From Bdellovibrionota bacterium (GTDB lineage Bacteria; Bdellovibrionota_C; UBA2361; OMII01), in NCBI GenBank assembly GCA_044345405.1, contig JBIJBE010000030.1, forward strand, positions 1 to 43,834: a DNA stretch of 43,834 nucleotides, read 5' to 3'. A model generated the notes under the pieces. That model was given only the letters and a program-made list of their open reading frames with translations. It ran no database searches and was not told the origin of the DNA. A program made the translations under genes and the position numbers. Positions 38,284-43,834 of the stretch are shown in pieces (within the stretch, counting starts at the first letter, position 1; every line of letters starts with the position of its first letter).

Positions 38284-40386
38284 ATGACCACATCAACTTC
38301 ATCTAACGCAGGGCTTGCTGACGCGCGACAAGAGATCGACACCCTCGACAAAGAGCTGATGGCGCTTCTCGCTAGACGACGAGAGATAACCGAGCGGGTC
38401 ATTCAATCCAAAACGGCGGCGAACACCCCAATTCGAGATGAGGCGCGCGAGCAATCACTTCTTCGAGAGCGAATTACCGAGGGCCGAACGCTCGGACTCG
38501 ATCCGCAGCTCGTCATGAAGCTCTTTCACGAGATCATCGCCGACTCGGTGCGACTCCAACAGGAAATCCTTCAATCAAACCTTAATGGCGCTCCTGATCG
38601 AAAGCGCTCGGTTAAGGTCGCCTTTCAGGGTATCGATGGCTCGTATTCGCACCTGATGGGACGTTCCCTCCTCTCCTCCACTGGGGCCTCCGCGAAGCTG
38701 GCCACGCAGCCCGCTGGAGAGCCGGAGTTCTTTGGATTCGCTTCATTCAAGGAAGCGGTCGACGCGGTTGAGAGAGGCACTTGCGATCTCGGCATCCTTC
38801 CGATTGAGAACACAACCTCCGGTGGGATTAACGATGTGTACGATCTCCTCCTCAACTCACGAATCTCTATCGTGGGCGAAGAGAAGTTCACGGTGAAGCA
38901 TTGCCTGATCGGATTAGCCGATATTCCGGTCTCGCACCTTCACACCGTTCACTGCAGCCAACTCGCTGTAGCGGAGTGCGCTAACTTCTTAGCAACTATC
39001 CCATCGTGTGTCGTTCAATACGCAACCGATTCAGCCACAGCGCTTAAGGAGCTCAAAGAGAGCAACGACAAGGGACGCGCGGCGATTGCAAGCGAAGAAG
39101 CTGCGGAGATGTTCGGTCTCAAGGTCCTTAAGCGAAACATCGCCAACCACGAAGAGAATGTAACCCGCTACGTCATCGTCTCAAAGAGCGCGGTGAAGGT
39201 AGATCCTCGCGTAACCAGCAAGGTATCGCTTGCGATGAGCACCCTCAATCAACCGGGTGCTCTCGTTGAGACACTTCTTGTGTTCAAACAACACGGGATC
39301 AACCTGACCAAGCTTGAGAGCCGGCCTATTCCTGGAAACACCTGGGAAGAGATGTTCTACGTCGACTTCCTCGGAAACGTGGAGTCTCCAAATGTAAAGA
39401 CAGCGCTCGGTGAGGTGACAAAGCTCACCCGCTTCATCAAGGTGCTCGGGTGTTTCCCATCGTGCGATGTCACACCAACCGAGGTATCGCAGCAGGAGAC
39501 CTCCGCATGCGACACCGACTCGTGCTCGACAGGGTCGGTACGCATCGAAGTGAAGGATACTCCAGCTCCGAAAAGCGGCGGGAAGGACAAGGGATATAAG
39601 CTCGTTAGTCGCGAGCATAAGCCTGAGAACACCGTCATCGATGTGGGTGGGGTCAAGATCGGCGACGGTAACTTTCTTGTCATCGCGGGCCCCTGCTCAG
39701 TTGAGTCGCGTGAGCAGATCATGGCGTGCGCTCGCGAAGCGCGTGACAACGGCGCGAGGATCCTTCGAGGTGGTGTGTTCAAGCCACGTACCTCACCATA
39801 TAGCTTCCAGGGTATGGGCTACGAAGGTCTCGACCTCCTCGTTGAGGCCGGGCGAGCTCACGGTATGCCGGTCATAACCGAGGTGATGACAACCGAGGAC
39901 GTTGAGCGTGTGGCCGAGAAGGCGGATATCCTGCAGATTGGCGCCCGCAATATGCAGAACTACAGCCTCCTCAAAGCGATCGGTGAGACCCGTCGCCCTG
40001 TGATGCTCAAACGTGGACTGAGCGCTCCGATCGAAGAGCTCCTCCAAGCGACCGAGTACATCTTGGCGGGTGGAAACCAGCAGGTATTCCTCTGCGAACG
40101 GGGAATCAGGACCTTTGAGACGGCGACCCGTGGGACCCTCGATATCAGCGCGGTGCCAGTGCTCAAAGCTAGAACTCACCTTCCGATATTCATCGATCCT
40201 TCGCACGCCGCCGGAACGAGAGAACTGGTCGCGCCTCTCGCGTTAGCCGCGAAAGCGGTTGGAGCTGATGGTATCATCGTGGAGTTCCATCCAGAGCCTG
40301 AGAAGGCGCTCAGCGATGGACCGCAAGCGCTTCGATTCCCACAATTCGCCAAGCTCATGGCGGATCTTAAAAAGATTGAGGTGTAA
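38284..40386 (+). CDS. Fused chorismate mutase / prephenate dehydratase (ACT) / DAHP synthase type I-beta
   Basis: N-terminal RQEIDTLD...RDEARE (CM); [27 protein letters not shown] (PDT-ACT); [33 protein letters not shown] (DAHPS). Confidence 0.92.
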   Translation: MTTSTSSNAGLADARQEIDTLDKELMALLARRREITERVIQSKTAANTPIRDEAREQSLLRERITEGRTLGLDPQLVMKLFHEIIADSVRLQQEILQSNLNGAPDRKRSVKVAFQGIDGSYSHLMGRSLLSSTGASAKLATQPAGEPEFFGFASFKEAVDAVERGTCDLGILPIENTTSGGINDVYDLLLNSRISIVGEEKFTVKHCLIGLADIPVSHLHTVHCSQLAVAECANFLATIPSCVVQYATDSATALKELKESNDKGRAAIASEEAAEMFGLKVLKRNIANHEENVTRYVIVSKSAVKVDPRVTSKVSLAMSTLNQPGALVETLLVFKQHGINLTKLESRPIPGNTWEEMFYVDFLGNVESPNVKTALGEVTKLTRFIKVLGCFPSCDVTPTEVSQQETSACDTDSCSTGSVRIEVKDTPAPKSGGKDKGYKLVSREHKPENTVIDVGGVKIGDGNFLVIAGPCSVESREQIMACAREARDNGARILRGGVFKPRTSPYSFQGMGYEGLDLLVEAGRAHGMPVITEVMTTEDVERVAEKADILQIGARNMQNYSLLKAIGETRRPVMLKRGLSAPIEELLQATEYILAGGNQQVFLCERGIRTFETATRGTLDISAVPVLKARTHLPIFIDPSHAAGTRELVAPLALAAKAVGADGIIVEFHPEPEKALSDGPQALRFPQFAKLMADLKKIEV

Positions 40387-41486
40387 TGATGCGCACCTTG
40401 GATTTGAACGTTGCGCGAACGGAATCTCACTCACCCCTCTGGGTTGACCGAGGGGTAATCGAGAAGCTGCCGAACCTAATTGCCCTTTCGAAGTATTCCT
40501 CAATCGTTGTGGTCGCTGATGGTGGCGCCTCAACGGTAAGGGAACGGGTGTGCACCGCGCTCTCTATCCCACCCTCTCGGGTGAAAACGCTTAAAGGGGG
40601 AGAGTCTCAAAAAGAGGTTACGGAATTGGTGAGCCTGTGGGAGTTCTTCGTCGAACAAAAGCTCGACAGGAAATCTCTGGTGGTAACTATCGGTGGTGGA
40701 GCCACCAGCGACCTCGTTGGATTCGCGGCTGGCACCTACATGCGTGGAATCGCGTTCCTTCACATACCAAGCACCCTCCTGGCGCAAGTTGACGCGAGCA
40801 TCGGCGGAAAAGCGGGGATCAATTTTCAGGGAGTAAAGAATCTGATCGGCTCAATCGCGCAGCCCGTGGGTATCGTCATCGATATCGACGCGCTGACGAC
40901 CCTTCCTGAACGAGAGCTCCGATCAGGTTTCGCGGAGGTTGTGAAGCACGGATTAATCGCGGATCGGGAATACTTCGACAAGGTATCCTCACGCGACTGC
41001 GGGCACTGGACAGCTGATGAGATGGTGGAGATCGTGTACCGTTCATGCGAGATCAAGAAAGCGGTGGTTGAGAGTGATGAGACCGAACAGGGACCACGCA
41101 AGACCCTCAACTTCGGACACTCTATCGGACACGCCATTGAGGCCTTCTCGCTCGCGCATGGGCCGGCACTGACGCACGGCGAAGCGATATCAATCGGAAT
41201 GTACGGCGAGGCGTATATCTCGCACCGCATCGGTAAGATCTCCGCGGCCGACCTCACTACCATCGATGCCGGGCTAACGACCGCGGGACTTCCCGCGCGA
41301 CTCCCGTTCGCCATTCCAGCCGCTGAGCTTCGAGCGCTCATCTCGAAGGATAAGAAGAACGTCGGTGGACAGGTTAAATGGACCCTGCTTGAGCGTATCG
41401 GGTCCGCTCTTTTCGACATCGTTGTACCAGAGGAGTTGATCGTTGAGACGCTCTCAGCGATACAACCCGGAGCCACCCACACATGA
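40386..41486 (+). CDS. aroB: 3-dehydroquinate synthase
   Basis: IGGGATSDLVGF, STLLAQVDASIGGK, LNFGHSIGHAIE, HGEA, DKK. Confidence 0.95.
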   Translation: MMRTLDLNVARTESHSPLWVDRGVIEKLPNLIALSKYSSIVVVADGGASTVRERVCTALSIPPSRVKTLKGGESQKEVTELVSLWEFFVEQKLDRKSLVVTIGGGATSDLVGFAAGTYMRGIAFLHIPSTLLAQVDASIGGKAGINFQGVKNLIGSIAQPVGIVIDIDALTTLPERELRSGFAEVVKHGLIADREYFDKVSSRDCGHWTADEMVEIVYRSCEIKKAVVESDETEQGPRKTLNFGHSIGHAIEAFSLAHGPALTHGEAISIGMYGEAYISHRIGKISAADLTTIDAGLTTAGLPARLPFAIPAAELRALISKDKKNVGGQVKWTLLERIGSALFDIVVPEELIVETLSAIQPGATHT

Positions 41487-42784
41487 AGACACTGAAGCTC
41501 ACACCGCCAATCGCGCCTATCTCGCATACCTTTGAAGTGCTCGGCTCGAAGAGCTACACCAATCGCGCCCTGATTATCGCTGCGCTCGCCTCTGGAGTAT
41601 CGAGGCTATCCCTGGCCTCTATCAGCACCGATAGTGAAGCGATGATCCATGCACTTCGGTTGCTCGGTGTGTCAATTGAGGAGGAGACCGGCCCACAGGG
41701 AACGACCTTGATCGTTGAGGGTACCGGCGGAGCGCTTAATCCCTACCACGGCGAGATCAACATCGGCCCCGCTGGTACCACGATGCGATTTCTGGCCGCT
41801 CTGTGCGCGGCGATACCGGGAATCGATGTCGTCCTCTCGGGGTCTGAACGGATGCACGTTCGCCCAATTAAAGAGCTCGTTACGGCGCTTAGAAGCCTCG
41901 GCGCTGAGATCGAGTATCTTGGCACCGAAGGGTGCCCTCCCCTGCGCATCCGTTCGAAGACCCACCTCAAGGGGGGCACCATCACCATGAACGGAACCGT
42001 GAGCAGTCAGTTTATCTCGGCTATCCTTCTTACAGCACCACTCAACACGAATAAACTCGTCGTAGAGATTGAGGGAGAGCAGATCTCAAAATCATACATC
42101 GACATGACTCTCCAAAGCGTTAGAGAGTTTGGCGTGACGATCGCCAACGAGTCGTATAAGCGATATGTGTGCGCGGCGGGGCAAAAGTATCAACCCCGCG
42201 CTACACAGATCGAGGGAGACGCCTCGGGCGCCTCCTACCTGTGGGGGCTCGCCGCTATCTCATCCGGCAAGGTAACGGTCAGGAATGTAAATCCTCAATC
42301 GGCACAGGGAGACATCCACTTCCCGGAGGTGCTGATGCGCATGGGATGCTCGGTTTCTTCCGATAGTCGCTCAATAACGGTCACGGGGCCCAAGGTTCTC
42401 AAAGGAATTGAGATAGACATGTCCAACATGCCCGATGTCGCGCAGACCCTCGCCGTCATCGCCGCCTTTGCGAAGGGGACGACGACGATGCGCGGGCTCA
42501 GCACGCTGCCCGGTAAGGAAACGGATCGTATCGAGGCGTTGCACACGGAGCTTGAGAAGGTTGGGATTCGGAGTGAACCGGGTCCTGATTACCTGATCGT
42601 TCACGGGGGAACTCCGCATGGAGCGCGGATTCAAACCTATGATGATCATCGCATGGCGATGTCATTCGCGATGATGAGCACTCGCGTGCCGGGTATGGAA
42701 ATTGAGGAACCACACGTCGTAGATAAATCTTTCCCAACATTTTGGGATGCGCTCGCCGAGAGTGGCATAACGGTCTCCGAGTAA
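41483..42784 (+). CDS. aroA: 3-phosphoshikimate 1-carboxyvinyltransferase (EPSP synthase)
   Basis: GSKSYTNRAL, AGTTMRF, SSQFIS, KETDRI, DDHRMAM, KSFPTFW. Confidence 0.96.
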   Translation: MKTLKLTPPIAPISHTFEVLGSKSYTNRALIIAALASGVSRLSLASISTDSEAMIHALRLLGVSIEEETGPQGTTLIVEGTGGALNPYHGEINIGPAGTTMRFLAALCAAIPGIDVVLSGSERMHVRPIKELVTALRSLGAEIEYLGTEGCPPLRIRSKTHLKGGTITMNGTVSSQFISAILLTAPLNTNKLVVEIEGEQISKSYIDMTLQSVREFGVTIANESYKRYVCAAGQKYQPRATQIEGDASGASYLWGLAAISSGKVTVRNVNPQSAQGDIHFPEVLMRMGCSVSSDSRSITVTGPKVLKGIEIDMSNMPDVAQTLAVIAAFAKGTTTMRGLSTLPGKETDRIEALHTELEKVGIRSEPGPDYLIVHGGTPHGARIQTYDDHRMAMSFAMMSTRVPGMEIEEPHVVDKSFPTFWDALAESGITVSE

Positions 42785-43126
42785 GGACTCGTTCCTGGCC
42801 TCACACCTTCCCGTTCAACGACGCACCGCCGGACCAACCTGCGTCGGATTCCTCGCGCCTATAACAACCGAAATTCATCTCATCAATTCCATGATGTCGA
42901 GCATTCTGCTTCCACATTCGTGGCATCACCGAGCTCGGCGATAGAACGTCACAACGTTCGCTTAACGCCTCAGCGCCAATTCCACTTAAAGTAGAACTCG
43001 AGAAACAACGCCTAATAAAAGAGCTAAAAACGCCTGTTTTAGACCGCGTTCAAAGAACTCCTCGCTTGTTTACACGGAGCACTTGGCACACCATAGAATG
43101 CAGAAAGAACACAACGAGTGTGACGT

Positions 43127-43639
43127 ATGAACGAGTATGTAAAACTAGCTTTAGCCGGATTGATTCTCATCCTGATGTTCTGCTGCTTAAAGAAGCAACA
43201 AAGATATTGGCGTGAGATGAGCACGAGTCGCCCAACAGGAGCCTTAAAAGTAGGCTACGCGCTCGCCATCATAACGGTGTGCGTGTCTCTTCCGCTCGCG
43301 CTCTACGCAAATACACGAGAAAGCTGGGAGCTCTTCGTCAGCGTTCTTCTTATGACCGTTATCTTCTGCGCGAAGATAACATTTTCTCCTGCAGTGATCG
43401 CGGGAGTTCTCGGTATCTGCGCCTACCAACTCTACGTTCACGATAGCTTCCCCTTCTTTGAGGTATGGGGTGCGGCGGTATCGGTAGTCGCGTGGAAACT
43501 TCCGGAACAGGTTCGAGGCCTCTACAACACAGTGACCTTCATCTGGGCGCTGACGATCCTTTTGAGCAGTGGTTCGCCTCAGGCTGAGAACTCAAGCGCT
43601 GACGATCTTATCGATGTCGCTGGCATCATGCCGGATTAG
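43127..43639 (+). CDS. Hypothetical multi-pass membrane protein
   Basis: 170-aa ORF with several hydrophobic segments and no recognisable motif. Confidence 0.55.
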   Translation: MNEYVKLALAGLILILMFCCLKKQQRYWREMSTSRPTGALKVGYALAIITVCVSLPLALYANTRESWELFVSVLLMTVIFCAKITFSPAVIAGVLGICAYQLYVHDSFPFFEVWGAAVSVVAWKLPEQVRGLYNTVTFIWALTILLSSGSPQAENSSADDLIDVAGIMPD

Positions 43640-43705
43640 TAGTACAAAGGTGGCCACGAATAGAGGAGGTTCGGCCGATTGTTCCTTTGGATCCCGATCC
43701 CGTGA

Positions 43706-43834
43706 TTCTTCGCGTGTAGGGGGGCTTCTTTCTTCGCGTGTAGGGGGGCTTCTTCGCGTGTAGGGGGGCTTCTTCGCCTGTAGGGGGGCTTTCGCCTGTA
43801 GGGGGGCTACTCTTCGCACCTTTCTTCGCCTGTA
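43706..43834. repeat. Degenerate tandem array of about 20-bp units TTCTTCGCSTGTAGGGGGGC
   Basis: Five GTAGGGGGGC-containing units plus partial copies, running off the window end. Confidence 0.85.

Noticed and set aside
43706-43834. CRISPR array or coding repeat (ORFs 43569-43763 and 43592-43819)
   Set aside because: Units are directly adjacent with no spacers; the ORFs are translations of the repeat.

Overview
Bacterial chromosomal window, mostly housekeeping genes. A deltaproteobacterial/Bdellovibrionota-like origin is inferred from gene content only. Core genes: greA, efp, gltX, ndh, ligA, rsmA, tsaD, an ECF sigma factor, hflX, and an ilvE / CM-PDT-DAHPS fusion / aroB / aroA operon. No rRNA, tRNA, CRISPR array, integrase or transposase was seen. 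The clearest unannotated elements are non-coding or very small: (1) an apparently leaderless 16-aa Phe/Tyr-rich leader peptide with a full transcription attenuator ahead of the aromatic amino acid operon; (2) a TPP riboswitch on a TonB-dependent receptor; (3) three dispersed repeat families (GGAG-type REP doublets, a GTAG-type REP and array, and inverted GTRAAC hexamer arrays); (4) several leaderless promoters. Protein-level oddities, all judged from motifs by eye: a candidate ADP-ribosyltransferase behind a small ORF, a DNA methyltransferase homologue with degenerate catalytic motifs, a stand-alone sigma region-4 protein, a diheme cytochrome c lacking both Met-Pro ligand motifs, and an EF-P with Asn at the loop tip.
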